Source: Wolbachia endosymbiont of Dirofilaria (Dirofilaria) immitis
Lineage (GTDB): Bacteria; Pseudomonadota; Alphaproteobacteria; Rickettsiales; Anaplasmataceae
Length of the DNA: 32,000 nucleotides
Assembly: GCF_013365455.1 (NCBI RefSeq)
Contig: NZ_CP046578.1
Coordinates: 240,001 to 272,000 of the forward strand
Direction: 5' to 3'
The translations under genes were made by a program, and so were the position numbers. Positions within the stretch are counted from its first letter, which is position 1; the number at the start of each line of letters is the position of its first letter. Positions 1 to 9,935 of this stretch are shown one piece after another. Below the pieces are notes generated by a model. It was not told the DNA's origin. It saw nothing but the letters and a program-made list of their open reading frames with translations, and ran no database searches.

Positions 1-363
1 ATTCTTTTCTTTTTCTAATTTCTCTTGCTCTTCAATACAATATATAGCTAGCGGATTGGCTTTAAGTCTTTCAGCTCCTATTTCTTCTCCTGTTCCTTCA
101 CAATAGCCGTAGGTACCCAACTTTATTTTTTTTAATGCCTCCTTGATTCTTTCTTTTCTCTCTTTTCTGCGCTTAATTAATTTTTCGTTTCCACTATCTT
201 CATCAGTATGGTATACACTTTCTTCTAATTCTTGCTTCTCCATTTCAGCAAGCATTGATTGTAACTTTAAACTGAAATATTCCAACTGCTTCACGTTCAT
301 GTATTCTTCGTCCTCTGAAGGAATATAATCTTCTGGTAATTTTATTTTTGGTAACTCTTTCAT
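1..363 (-). CDS. dksA: DksA/TraR-family RNA polymerase-binding transcription factor (3' end cut by window edge)
   Basis: Reverse-strand translation from ATG at 363: MKELPKIKLPEDYIPSEDEEYMNVKQLEYF...RIKEALKKIKLGTYGYCEGTGEEIGAERLKANPLAIYCIEEQEKLEKEKN, with the DksA C-terminal YGYCE.TGE.IG..RL.A.P.A motif. No stop before base 1, so it is absent from the ORF track. Confidence 0.9.
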   Translation of the reverse strand, partial: MKELPKIKLPEDYIPSEDEEYMNVKQLEYFSLKLQSMLAEMEKQELEESVYHTDEDSGNEKLIKRRKERKERIKEALKKIKLGTYGYCEGTGEEIGAERLKANPLAIYCIEEQEKLEKEKN

Positions 364-469
364 AATTATATTATTTATTAAATAATAAAATTTGTATAAT
401 TTATGAATAAGAAATTATACTATCTCAAAGTAAACATCATAATTTATAATAAATATTTAAAAGCCTAAT

Positions 470-1117
470 ATGATCAGTTCAATAAAAAAGTTGGTGATAA
501 GTAATAGTGATTTTATCTATATAATATGTACATTTATTGTTATGTTAAGCTTATCTTCATTTACACTTGGAAATAACAGTGAACAAGAAATCATGTTGGC
601 ATTAATATGGATATGTGCTACATTTGCTCTGCAAATTTCTACAGGTAATTTATTTGCTTCTGATTACCATGATGGAATATTGGAACAAATTTTCATACAG
701 CCACTTTCCTCTAAGTTTATCATTGCTTATAAGATTTTTGCTCACTGGATATTGTTTGGGGTACCGATTTCAGTAATTTCCTCCATATTTAATTTTGTAA
801 TTCTAGATAATGGTATTGAATATTCAATAATAACTGGTTTATCTTTATTACTCAATATGTTAATAGTAATTAACATTTCAGCTACTGGAAGTGCATTAAT
901 GATTGGTCGAAATAACTTAACATCAGGAATGCCACAAATTCTTGTTTTGCCAGTTATAATGCCAGCTTTTGTGTACTTTAAATTACTGATTCAGTTTGAA
1001 GGTTTATCTTTGAATGCTCATATATTACTTATTACTGCTTTAGTTTTTACCATTCTGTTGGTTAATAGTGCTATAGCTACCCATATGGCATTAAAATTTG
1101 CTGTAGAGCAGGATTAG
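470..1117 (+). CDS. ccmB: Heme exporter protein CcmB
   Basis: 215-aa polytopic membrane protein containing ...GNLFASDYHDGILEQIFIQPLSS..., typical of CcmB. Confidence 0.85.
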   Translation: MISSIKKLVISNSDFIYIICTFIVMLSLSSFTLGNNSEQEIMLALIWICATFALQISTGNLFASDYHDGILEQIFIQPLSSKFIIAYKIFAHWILFGVPISVISSIFNFVILDNGIEYSIITGLSLLLNMLIVINISATGSALMIGRNNLTSGMPQILVLPVIMPAFVYFKLLIQFEGLSLNAHILLITALVFTILLVNSAIATHMALKFAVEQD

Positions 1118-1128
1118 GAAGCTTGTTG

Positions 1129-1647
1129 TTACTCTATAGAAGGTCCACTACTGGTAAAGTCTAAACTTATTAAATATATTTCTGTAGATTCAGATCTGCT
1201 TGATCTTGGTTTGAAGTATTTTGCTGTTTTAAACATTTTTTTTAACTCATTACAAAAATCCCTATCAGATTCTCCTTGGAAGATTTTTACTACAAACTTA
1301 CCACCATAATTTAGGAAATGCTTTGCAAGGTTCAGTGCTGCTTTGCATAAAAGCATAATTCTGATATGGTCCAATGATTTTATGCCACAAGATTTTGGAG
1401 CCATATCAGATAAAATTACGTCAAACTTCTGACCTTTAAATTTTTCCTTTAAAATTTCAAGATCGTTTATAATATCGTATTGCATATGTTCCACTCCATT
1501 GATTAAATTTACTGGCCTTATGTCAATTGCAACTACATTAGCTCCTTTCTGAGATGCAACTTGTGACCACCCACCAGGAGAAGCACCAAGATCAATAATT
1601 TTTTGCCCTTTTTGGAATAATTTAAACTTATTATCTATTTCTATCAA
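1129..1647 (-). CDS. rlmE: 23S rRNA (uridine-2'-O)-methyltransferase RlmE/FtsJ; coding similarity continues upstream to about 1785
   Basis: IIDLGASPGGWSQVA SAM-binding motif, DVILSDMAPKSCG, GGKFVVKIFQG. In-frame upstream residues VSTIKTRIKTARGRKLSSTRWLYRHLNDKYVQKTSKDGYRSRSAYKL match the expected RlmE N-terminus. Confidence 0.88.
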   Translation of the reverse strand: MIEIDNKFKLFQKGQKIIDLGASPGGWSQVASQKGANVVAIDIRPVNLINGVEHMQYDIINDLEILKEKFKGQKFDVILSDMAPKSCGIKSLDHIRIMLLCKAALNLAKHFLNYGGKFVVKIFQGESDRDFCNELKKMFKTAKYFKPRSSRSESTEIYLISLDFTSSGPSIE

Positions 1648-1765
1648 CTTATATGCTGAGCGCGACCTGTAACCATCCTTACTAGTTTTTTGTACATACT
1701 TATCATTTAAATGACGATATAACCACCTAGTTGAAGATAATTTTCGACCTCTAGCTGTCTTTATT

Positions 1766-2338
1766 CTAGTTTTTATTGTTGATACCTGTAAGAATCACTT
1801 TATTGATTATAACTTTTAGCTCTTTTTTGACTACTTCTTTCGCTAGTGTATACAAGTACTTATTTAGTTATTCTAGTAACTTGGGTTTTAGAAGAGATAT
1901 AACTTATAACTCTTTAATGTTAGGTTTGTTTTGCTACTTTTTAAGTAGCTCTTTAATCTCTTCTATATTAAAACTAACCAGTTATTATTTTGTGCTTGTG
2001 AATTTTTGTTATCTATTTCATTATTACTAATTTTAGTATTATACTGCAGGCAAACGTCTTTTCCTTTTTTAAATCGTGATTATACTCATTGAGTTTAGTA
2101 TTATTATAAATATTTCTTTGCTCTAGTTGTCATTATCGATATCTTTTCTCCTGTCATTTTCCTATTTTCCTCTTTGCTACCTTCTTCTAAATTTTCTGAA
2201 TGTTTTTCTTAAAGGTGCAGAAAACATCATTATCTTCTTTCTCTAATTCTACTTTATTATCACATGCATTTTTATTAGGTGTAACTTTTTTTATGTTTCC
2301 CAGAATATCTTTTCAGACTGTTTTTCATTCACCGTCAT
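1766..2338 (-). pseudogene. Degraded popZ-like (DUF2497) gene
   Basis: Reverse-strand fragments in several frames: ATG-led MTVNEKQSEK, then DILGNIKKVTPNKNACDNKVELEKEDNDVF (PopZ N-terminal EDILASIR-like motif), then FNIEEIKELLKK*QNKPNIKEL*VISLLKPKLLE*LNKYLYTLAKEVVKKELKVIINK (PopZ C-terminal LLKPxLxEWLxxxLxxxVxxxVxxEI-like). It lies beside tolC, a known alphaproteobacterial neighbour of popZ. Confidence 0.65.
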
Positions 2339-2357
2339 AATGCTAATGCCATTAAAT

Positions 2358-3596
2358 TTAGAGATTTATGCTGTTTATTGCAAAAAGCAACTTGTAAATG
2401 CTGATTATATAATTACCTTTTGCTTCAACTAAATCCGAACGTGCTTTTAATAATGTATCCTTAGTGTTCAAAAATTCAGTTGTGCTTTTTAAATTTAGGT
2501 TAACTTCTTGCTCGACCCCTTCCAGTGCTAGAGCTGCTGCTTTTTCAGCTTTTTGACTTGCTTTGATCATAGCTTTTGCTGTTAGAACGTTATTCCAAGC
2601 GTTTGTAACTTCTCTTTCTATATTTTTTACTGTCTCATAATAATCATAAACAGATTTTTTTGCATTCATTCTAGCTTTGCTTATATTAAAAGTATTAATT
2701 CCTCTTTTAAAGATTGGGACATCGAGAGTAAAGGTAATACTGGTAGTACCTAAAAGTGTATCAAGACTAACGCTTTCATTTAAATTTTTACTTGCATTGA
2801 GATTTAAGGAGGGTAGCCACTTAGAAGTTTCAGCAATTGCTGCCATTCTGGCTGCCCTTTTTTTATAAACTGCTGCTTTTAAAGATAAGTTATTGGTTTT
2901 TGCTAGCTGTAAACATTCGTTTAGTTCCGGAACATAGGGTAATTTATCATTAGCTTCAGAGAGTTCATTAGGATTCTCGCCAATTAAGTGAAAGTAAGCA
3001 ATATTTGCTAATTTTAGCTTACCTTCAGCATCAACTCTTTCCAGCACTGAAGATGAAAATTTTGCTTTTGCTAGCAGAACTTCAGCGTTGGTAACCTCTC
3101 CAAGAGAAAGGCGCTTTTTTATTGAAGACAAGTTTTCTAAAGAAACACGTTCTTTATGCTCTTTCAATTTTAATATTGCTGTCCTTCTTAGGACATCAAC
3201 GTATACTTTTACGGCGTTAAGTGCGACCTCTTGCTTTGATTGTTGAAACTGTATCTTTTCTGCTTTGAGAAGATGACTTGATTGGCTGAATGTGGCAAAA
3301 GCACTGCCACCGCCTATTATTCTTTGACTCAATGTTAGGCGTTTTCCAGGTAAATTATGTTTATTGTTATAAAGATTAAAATTACTATCAAAGTTATACT
3401 GCAAATTAATATCTGGCAAGAAACCAGCTAATCCGGAAGACTTTAGTTGTTTTTCTGCGCTTTTATATTGGTAGAATTGAGATTTTAGCTTTGAACTATT
3501 TTTAATGGCTTTACTTATAGCTTCTTCAATATCGATTGCATAGCAACTTGTAGTATTAAAAACGGCCATAAGTGTAATAATAATAAACTGAAACAT
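2358..3596 (-). CDS. tolC: TolC-family outer membrane efflux protein
   Basis: 412 aa with signal peptide and AIDIEEAISKAIKNSSKLKSQFYQYKSAEKQLKSSGLAGFLPDINLQ; second half repeats the fold (LKAAVYKKRAARMAAIAETSKWLPSLNL). Confidence 0.88.
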   Translation of the reverse strand: MFQFIIITLMAVFNTTSCYAIDIEEAISKAIKNSSKLKSQFYQYKSAEKQLKSSGLAGFLPDINLQYNFDSNFNLYNNKHNLPGKRLTLSQRIIGGGSAFATFSQSSHLLKAEKIQFQQSKQEVALNAVKVYVDVLRRTAILKLKEHKERVSLENLSSIKKRLSLGEVTNAEVLLAKAKFSSSVLERVDAEGKLKLANIAYFHLIGENPNELSEANDKLPYVPELNECLQLAKTNNLSLKAAVYKKRAARMAAIAETSKWLPSLNLNASKNLNESVSLDTLLGTTSITFTLDVPIFKRGINTFNISKARMNAKKSVYDYYETVKNIEREVTNAWNNVLTAKAMIKASQKAEKAAALALEGVEQEVNLNLKSTTEFLNTKDTLLKARSDLVEAKGNYIISIYKLLFAINSINL

Positions 3597-3728
3597 TCTA
3601 CTCCTATATCTGATATTAGGCTATGCAGCTAAGTTGTTAGCACAGATTGCTTTGATAATCAATAACTAATGTTGTTGACTTTGTTTCAGGGTTAGATATA
3701 TCATGACATACTATTGTGAGTTAGAGTT

Positions 3729-4187
3729 ATGAAGACTTTTTTTTTAAAAGAAAAACAAATCAATAAAAAGTGGTTTATTATAGATGCAGATAGGTTAACA
3801 GTAGGAAGACTTGCGGCATTTGTAGCAACACTATTGCGTGGAAAACATAAACCTGAATATACACCTCATATGGATTGTGGTGATAATATAATTATTATTA
3901 ATGCAGAAAAGGTGTGTTTTACTGGAAAGAAGCTTAAAGAGAAAATTTACTATAAATATACAGGTTATCCTGGTGGTTTGAAAAAAACTACTCCAGATAA
4001 TATTCTGAATGGTAAATTTCCTGAGCGTGTAATAGAAGTAGCAGTAAGAAGGATGCTTGATGATGGTCCCATGGCACGCAAACGTTTTAGAAATTTATAT
4101 GTCTACTCTGGTCCAAAACATAAGCATCAAGGACAGCAACCTGAGAAGATAGATTTTGCTTCTTTAAATCGAAAGAATAGAAAATAA
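3729..4187 (+). CDS. rplM: 50S ribosomal protein L13
   Basis: [38 protein letters not shown]...[30 protein letters not shown]. Confidence 0.97.
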   Translation: MKTFFLKEKQINKKWFIIDADRLTVGRLAAFVATLLRGKHKPEYTPHMDCGDNIIIINAEKVCFTGKKLKEKIYYKYTGYPGGLKKTTPDNILNGKFPERVIEVAVRRMLDDGPMARKRFRNLYVYSGPKHKHQGQQPEKIDFASLNRKNRK

Positions 4188-4197
4188 TGGAGTAAAG

Positions 4198-4644
4198 ATG
4201 CAAAATCGTGTGATAAATAAATCAAAAGGAGTAATTAAGCCAGTAATTGATTCACTAGGACGTTTATATGCTACGGGGCGAAGGAAGGAATCTGTAGCAA
4301 GAGTATGGGTAAAGCCAGGTAATGGAAAGTTTAGTGTTAATCGGAAAAATGAGTTATTCTCTTACTTTAAGAGGGAATCAGTATGCAAAACGGTAAGGAT
4401 GCCACTTATTATAACGTCTGTGTTGGATAAATATGATATATTTGCAACTGTGAAAGGTGGAGGATTATCTAGTCAAGCTGGTGCTTTATCCCATGGGATA
4501 AGTAGAGCTTTAAGCAAAATAAGCCAAGGCTTACATTCCATGTTACGTAGTAAGGGGTTCTTGACGCGAGATTCACGTGTTGTTGAACGTAAGAAGTATG
4601 GTCAGCACAAAGCTCGTAAAAAATGCCAATTTTCTAAGAGGTAG
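4198..4644 (+). CDS. rpsI: 30S ribosomal protein S9
   Basis: YATGRRKESVARVWVKPGNGKFSVN...GGGLSSQAGALSHGISRAL...DSRVVERKKYGQHKARKKCQFSKR. Confidence 0.97.
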   Translation: MQNRVINKSKGVIKPVIDSLGRLYATGRRKESVARVWVKPGNGKFSVNRKNELFSYFKRESVCKTVRMPLIITSVLDKYDIFATVKGGGLSSQAGALSHGISRALSKISQGLHSMLRSKGFLTRDSRVVERKKYGQHKARKKCQFSKR

Positions 4645-4790
4645 TTATTCTTTAGCGATGCTTTTTGTAAGCGTTATACAAGTATTTGAGAAAGTGTATG
4701 ATATACCCTAATTTCCGCGATAAATTTGGTTGACTATCAGTGTGAACTGAATATGCTGTTTGTGTAATTTTTTCAATATTAAGGTAATTT

Positions 4791-5102
4791 ATGAGCAAGG
4801 AAAGTATAGTAAAACAAATGCATGAGGATTTGTCTAATCAGGGTATAGACATAACAATGTTAAATTTAGGCAAAATTTATGACGCGTGGATAAAAAGAAT
4901 AAAAGGTGACTTAAAGAGGATAGGTAAGGTACGTCTACATAAGTTAGGTACATTATCTACTGCTGTAAGTCGGAAGAAACAATGTCGTAATCCTCAAAAT
5001 GGTAGGATTATGACTGTTCCTGAGAAGATAAGAGTAAGATTTAAAGCAAGTCAGACCCTTTTAGGTCTTTTAAATGAAAAGGAAGAAGGAGTAGTTAGTT
5101 AG
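4791..5102 (+). CDS. HU/IHF-family DNA-binding protein (divergent)
   Basis: 103 aa with HU-like layout: [47 protein letters not shown]. Confidence 0.75.
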   Translation: MSKESIVKQMHEDLSNQGIDITMLNLGKIYDAWIKRIKGDLKRIGKVRLHKLGTLSTAVSRKKQCRNPQNGRIMTVPEKIRVRFKASQTLLGLLNEKEEGVVS

Positions 5103-5802
5103 ATATTATCATTTTCATTGTTTTTACTGTGCTGTGTAAGCTGTAAAATATAGCTTCACTGATTAAAAAGTGACCTATGTTGAGAGCTAAGATGTGAGGT
5201 ATTTCTTTTATTCTTTTAGCATGTGTGCAGGTTATGCCATGTCCTGCATGGCACTCTATTTTTAGCTTATTTATATACTCTGCAGCGTGAGTGATTAATT
5301 GTAATTTTTCCTCTGATGAATTGTCGCAATAGTCTCCTGTGTGAATTTCTATTATATCAGGCTTTTTTTCTAGTTTCTCAAGGTATTTTAATTGATTGAT
5401 GCTTGGATTGATAAACAGTGAAACCTTTATACCAGTGCTATGCATCTCTTTTATTATGCTAGAAAGTTTGTTATACATGTTAATTATATTTAGACCACCT
5501 TCTGTTGTTAATTCTTCTCTTTTTTCTGGTACAATATTAATTGAGTAGGGTTTTACCTTTTTTGCTATTTCAAGCATTTCTTCTGTGGCTGCAATTTCAA
5601 GATTGAGTTCAGTTTTAATGTTTTTTTTTAGGTTAAATACATCTTCATCCTTAATGTGTCTTCTGTCTTCTCGTAAGTGAACAGTGATAAAGTCTGCTCC
5701 AGCGTCAATAGCTATTTCTGCTGCTTTTAATAAATCTGGATAAGAAGTTCCTCGTACATTGCGAAGAGTTGCAACATGGTCGATGTTAACACCTAGTTTC
5801 AT
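5095..5802 (-). CDS. pdxJ: Pyridoxine 5'-phosphate synthase
   Basis: [55 protein letters not shown]; C-terminal [35 protein letters not shown]. Confidence 0.97.
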   Translation of the reverse strand: MKLGVNIDHVATLRNVRGTSYPDLLKAAEIAIDAGADFITVHLREDRRHIKDEDVFNLKKNIKTELNLEIAATEEMLEIAKKVKPYSINIVPEKREELTTEGGLNIINMYNKLSSIIKEMHSTGIKVSLFINPSINQLKYLEKLEKKPDIIEIHTGDYCDNSSEEKLQLITHAAEYINKLKIECHAGHGITCTHAKRIKEIPHILALNIGHFLISEAIFYSLHSTVKTMKMIISN

Positions 5803-6521
5803 ATCACCTCAAAAATTATTTATAGATTATACATAGTATTAGGTCTTTTACATAGTCATTATCTAACTGAGCAATGTCTAAGCTATTTAGTAATCTGTAT
5901 AAGATTTGAGTAATATAAGTATTATGTAATTAACGTCTTATATTTAGTTTTTATATATTTACTTTATATTTTTATTAATTTTATCTAGGTTTCTAGCTTT
6001 TTTTAAGCTGAAGCACGCTTATGAAGGGCAGTGTAAATACAAATTACAGGGTCAGGGTAAATAATTATCTACTTCGTGTTTTTTTATTTTTTTCTGCTAA
6101 TAAGTTTTCTAGCACTTAAGCTAAGGACCTCTGTTTATATTTTAAGAGTTGCGCTTGAATTGCAGCGTTTAGCCTAAAAAGGCACCAATACTAAAAATAG
6201 ATACTGACAAGGTTTCTTTTGCCTTTTTTCACTTAGTAAACTTCTTGATATTTATGATCAAAGATCAGGTTTTAGGAGATCTAATAGATGGTATTATTTA
6301 ATAATAAAGGATTATTTTCATTTTTTGAAAATAACATAAGTTAGAGTGACTGAGTTTATCAATAACTTTAAATTAGTTGTTATTCTGTTGTGTTAGGAGT
6401 GTTTTTATGTGAAAGATAATGTTTCTTTCATAAGTTAATTCTTATAAAATACAGTGAAAAACATTTTCGTTGTGATTAGAGTTTCTAGTATGTATATTAA
6501 TAAACTTTTATTCAATAAGTA

Positions 6522-7637
6522 ATGAAAATAGTGATTATCGTAGTGGTATTGTTGTGTAGCAGTTACACAATAGCGAGTGAACGAATAGATATAGTAGATA
6601 AAAGATTATCCCAAGGATGTGTGGCTCCAGTACTTGTAGAAAGTAGCATTGTTTTAGTAGATAAGCACGGTACTTTATATTCTTTTGATGTTAATAATTC
6701 AAGGGTTGTAAATTGGAAATTGCACCTTTCACGCAAGGAAAAAATTGGTAACATGAGCCTATCGCATCATGGAGGAAATATTTTTTTTATAGTAAATAAC
6801 ATTCTGTACGTAATAGATGCGAAAACTGGTGAGATTCAATGGAAAAAGGAACTGAGGGCTCCAGTAAGAGGGAAAGCAGTAGTAGTACATAACAAATTGA
6901 TAGTGTTAACCATTGATAATTATCTATATGCTATTAATATGAAAGACGGTAGCCTAATTTGGGCCCACCAAAATGGAGTTAATGAGATTCGGGGTTTATA
7001 CTCTATATCACCTGCAGTTTCTGATGATAAAATAATAGCACCGTTTTCAAATGGTGAACTAATAGCTTTCGATGAAGGTGGTAAAAAGTTATGGAGTCAG
7101 AAATTGGCTGCAAGCTTTTTAGATACACAGCTTACAGATGTAACTACCACACCAGGAATACTTGGTGATATTTTAATTGCTACAAATAGTTCTTATATTT
7201 ATGGTATTGATGTAAAATCAGGAAATATTTTATGGTCAAAGCCGCTGCAAATAAAAAGTATATCAAATATTATATCATATTGTAATTCTCCTGTCTCTGC
7301 AAAGGAACGAGGAGCCAGTGGTAGGATTTTTATGATTACTCGAGATAATAGAATAATTGGTATTAATATCCAAAATGGAGAAACAGTCTGGACATTTGAT
7401 TCAATAAAAAATACACAATTGTTTGCTTTAGTTATGCACGCCCATATGTTATGGGTAATAGGCAATAAAGGCTTAATGTTTGCTTTTTCTGAGTCTGAAA
7501 GTACAGGGAAGACAATTAAAATACCTGGTAATGTGTTTCATGCTCCAGTATTCGTTCGTGATAAGATATATATAACAACTGAAGGAAGTGGTGTTTTTTC
7601 TTTAGAAAATAGGTTTATTTTTTATGATGAATCATGA
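6522..7637 (+). CDS. PQQ-like beta-propeller repeat protein, BamB-like
   Basis: Signal-peptide-like N-terminus and repeated propeller blades: GTLYSFDVNNSRVVNWKLHL, NILYVIDAKTGEIQWKKEL, NYLYAINMKDGSLIWAHQ, SYIYGIDVKSGNILWSKPL. Overlaps the next start by 14 bp. Confidence 0.8.
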   Translation: MKIVIIVVVLLCSSYTIASERIDIVDKRLSQGCVAPVLVESSIVLVDKHGTLYSFDVNNSRVVNWKLHLSRKEKIGNMSLSHHGGNIFFIVNNILYVIDAKTGEIQWKKELRAPVRGKAVVVHNKLIVLTIDNYLYAINMKDGSLIWAHQNGVNEIRGLYSISPAVSDDKIIAPFSNGELIAFDEGGKKLWSQKLAASFLDTQLTDVTTTPGILGDILIATNSSYIYGIDVKSGNILWSKPLQIKSISNIISYCNSPVSAKERGASGRIFMITRDNRIIGINIQNGETVWTFDSIKNTQLFALVMHAHMLWVIGNKGLMFAFSESESTGKTIKIPGNVFHAPVFVRDKIYITTEGSGVFSLENRFIFYDES

Positions 7638-9012
7638 TTTAATTGTTATAGGTGGTGGTCCAGGCGGTTATAAATGTGCCATTGTGGCTGCAAAGCTTGG
7701 GTTAAAGGTTGCCTGTATAGATAAAAATAGCATTTTTGGTGGCACATGTTTGCGAGTTGGGTGTATACCTTCTAAGGCATTGCTTTATTCTTCTTACCAA
7801 TATGCCCACGCGAAAAACGATTTGTCAAAACTTGGCATAAAAGTCAAGGATGTGAGCTTTAATCTAGAAAAAATGTTAAAGTATAAGGATTTTAGAGTTG
7901 AGGAATTGGGGCAAGGGATAGGGTATCTTTTTAACCTTCATAAAATTACTAAAATCAATGGACTTGCGAAAATTACTTCTTTTGATCAAGGCAGCCTTGA
8001 AGTTTCGGTTGAAGGCAAGACGCTGAAAACAAAAAATATAGTAATTGCAACCGGTTCTGATGTTAATTCCTTGCCAAGAATTAGTATTGATGAGAAAAAC
8101 ATTATTTCATCTGCTGGTGCATTGTCTCTAACTGAAGTGCCAAGAAGGCTTGTTATAGTTGGAGCCGGAGCAATAGGACTTGAAATGTCTTCTATATGGA
8201 AAAGACTAGGGTCTGAAGTTACTATAGTGGAGTCTCTTGATAGGATTGCTACAGTGATGGATGTGGAATTGAGCAAGTCTCTATTTTTCAGTTTACAAAA
8301 ACAGGGAATAGAGTTTTTACTTAGCACTAAAGTTGAGGAGATAAACCAAAGTAGTAATTCTTTAAGTTTGAAAATTTGTTCTATTCAAAATAGCCAAATA
8401 AGTACTATAGAGGCAGATAAGGTGCTTATTGCAGTAGGTCGTAAACCATATACTGATGGTCTTAATATTGACGGTAGAATAGAGAAGGATAGCCGTGGCT
8501 TTATTCGAGTTAACAATAGATATGAAACCAATATAAAAGGAATATTTGCTATTGGTGATGTAATTGGTGGGACAATGCTTGCTCATAAGGCGGAAGAGGA
8601 AGGAATGGCGGTTGCAGAAATAATAGCAGGTCAGTCACCTCATGTTGATTATGAAATTATGCCATCTGTCATTTATACCCATCCTGCAGTTTCTTCAATC
8701 GGCAAAACTGAAGAGGAACTCAAAAGAGCTGGTCAAAAGTATAAAATTGGTAAATGTCAATTTGCTGCAAACGGCAGGGCGAAAATTATTGATGATGCTG
8801 AAGGATTTGTAAAAGTACTAACTTGCAGTAGGACAGATACAATATTAGGTGTGCATATCATAGGGGCATATGCTGATACACTAATTAATGAAGCAGCAGT
8901 TGCAATGGCATATGGTGCAGCAGCAGAGGATATATATAGAATTTGTCACTCTCATCCTGATGTGAATGAAGCTTTCCGGGACGCATGCACTGATGCCTTC
9001 TTTAAGAAGTGA
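7624..9012 (+). CDS. lpdA: Dihydrolipoyl dehydrogenase
   Basis: DLIVIGGGPGGYKCAIVAAKLG...GGTCLRVGCIPSKALL...HSHPDVNEAFRDACTDAF. Confidence 0.96.
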   Translation: MMNHDLIVIGGGPGGYKCAIVAAKLGLKVACIDKNSIFGGTCLRVGCIPSKALLYSSYQYAHAKNDLSKLGIKVKDVSFNLEKMLKYKDFRVEELGQGIGYLFNLHKITKINGLAKITSFDQGSLEVSVEGKTLKTKNIVIATGSDVNSLPRISIDEKNIISSAGALSLTEVPRRLVIVGAGAIGLEMSSIWKRLGSEVTIVESLDRIATVMDVELSKSLFFSLQKQGIEFLLSTKVEEINQSSNSLSLKICSIQNSQISTIEADKVLIAVGRKPYTDGLNIDGRIEKDSRGFIRVNNRYETNIKGIFAIGDVIGGTMLAHKAEEEGMAVAEIIAGQSPHVDYEIMPSVIYTHPAVSSIGKTEEELKRAGQKYKIGKCQFAANGRAKIIDDAEGFVKVLTCSRTDTILGVHIIGAYADTLINEAAVAMAYGAAAEDIYRICHSHPDVNEAFRDACTDAFFKK

Positions 9013-9935
9013 CTGTGAACTTAGGTTCAATCATTAAGAATTGGCATGAGTGGCTGAAATGCAATAGGTCTTATTCACTTAACACCTTGGAATCGTATGT
9101 GAGAGACCTAAAAGATATGATGAATTTTCTTAGCACTCACATTGGAGGAGAAGCTAACATTGGCTCTTTGGAAAGATTGAGTGTGTTTGAGCTTAGAAGT
9201 TGGCTTAGCTTTCGTTATGCAAGAGGTGTGAATGCTAGGTCGAACGCTCGTGCATTGTCAGTAATCAGAAATTTTTTCAGGTACATAAAAAACAATTATG
9301 GAGTAAATAATGAGGACGTATTCTCCTTATCTAGACCAATTCAGAAAAGGACTTTACCAAAAGCATTATCAATATCTGACATAAAAACTTTAATAAAAGG
9401 AACGAGATTGTCTAATCTAGGTGAACCTTGGGTGGTAAAAAGAGAAATTGCGATTATTGTTCTACTGTATGGTGCAGGGTTAAGAATTAGTGAAGCATTG
9501 GATCTTAAGGTTGGTGATATCAATAGTAAAAGTTTAACAATTATAGGTAAAGGGAATAAACAAAGGCAGTTATTTATTCTTCCAGTAATAAAAAAGTGTA
9601 TACAAGAGTATATGGAAGCTTGTCCTTATCTTAGTGTTAATAATGAAACGCAATATCTCTTTATGGGAATAAGAGGAAAAAAATTGAAAAGAACTTATTT
9701 CGCTAATCGTCTGCAAAAAATAAGAAGAATGTTAAGTTTGCCAGAAATCTTGTCCCCACATGCATTTCGCCATAGTTGTGCTACTCATTTGCTTCAAGAG
9801 AGCATTGACATAAGGTTAATACAGCAACTCCTTGGCCATTCAAATCTTGGAACTACTCAAATCTATACTTACCTAAATTATCAGGATATTTTTAATATGT
9901 ATAAAGATACTCGGTGGAGTTTGGAAAAGAAATAA
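9009..9935 (+). CDS. xerC: Site-specific tyrosine recombinase, XerC/XerD type
   Basis: R-H-R-H-Y catalytic pattern: LLYGAGLRISEALDL, LSPHAFRHSCATHLLQESIDIRLIQQLLGHSNLGTTQIYTY. GTG start overlaps the lpdA stop (GTGA). XerC versus XerD is not firmly resolved. Confidence 0.83.
   Translation: MTVNLGSIIKNWHEWLKCNRSYSLNTLESYVRDLKDMMNFLSTHIGGEANIGSLERLSVFELRSWLSFRYARGVNARSNARALSVIRNFFRYIKNNYGVNNEDVFSLSRPIQKRTLPKALSISDIKTLIKGTRLSNLGEPWVVKREIAIIVLLYGAGLRISEALDLKVGDINSKSLTIIGKGNKQRQLFILPVIKKCIQEYMEACPYLSVNNETQYLFMGIRGKKLKRTYFANRLQKIRRMLSLPEILSPHAFRHSCATHLLQESIDIRLIQQLLGHSNLGTTQIYTYLNYQDIFNMYKDTRWSLEKK

Noticed and set aside
1-363. DksA with missing zinc-finger cysteines as a novel variant
   Set aside because: Alphaproteobacterial DksA proteins commonly show the YGYCExTGExIG form lacking the full four-cysteine zinc finger.
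1776-2030. Forward 84-aa ORF
   Set aside because: Low-complexity Tyr/Ser/Phe-rich translation on the strand opposite the popZ-like remnant, which explains the sequence better.
7986-8586. Antisense ORFs within lpdA (113 and 74 aa)
   Set aside because: Opposite the well-supported lpdA; no motif.
9009-9935. Tyrosine recombinase as a mobile element or phage integrase
   Set aside because: Length, motif pattern and 4-bp overlap with lpdA fit a housekeeping XerC/D-type gene; no att sites, inverted repeats or phage genes seen nearby.
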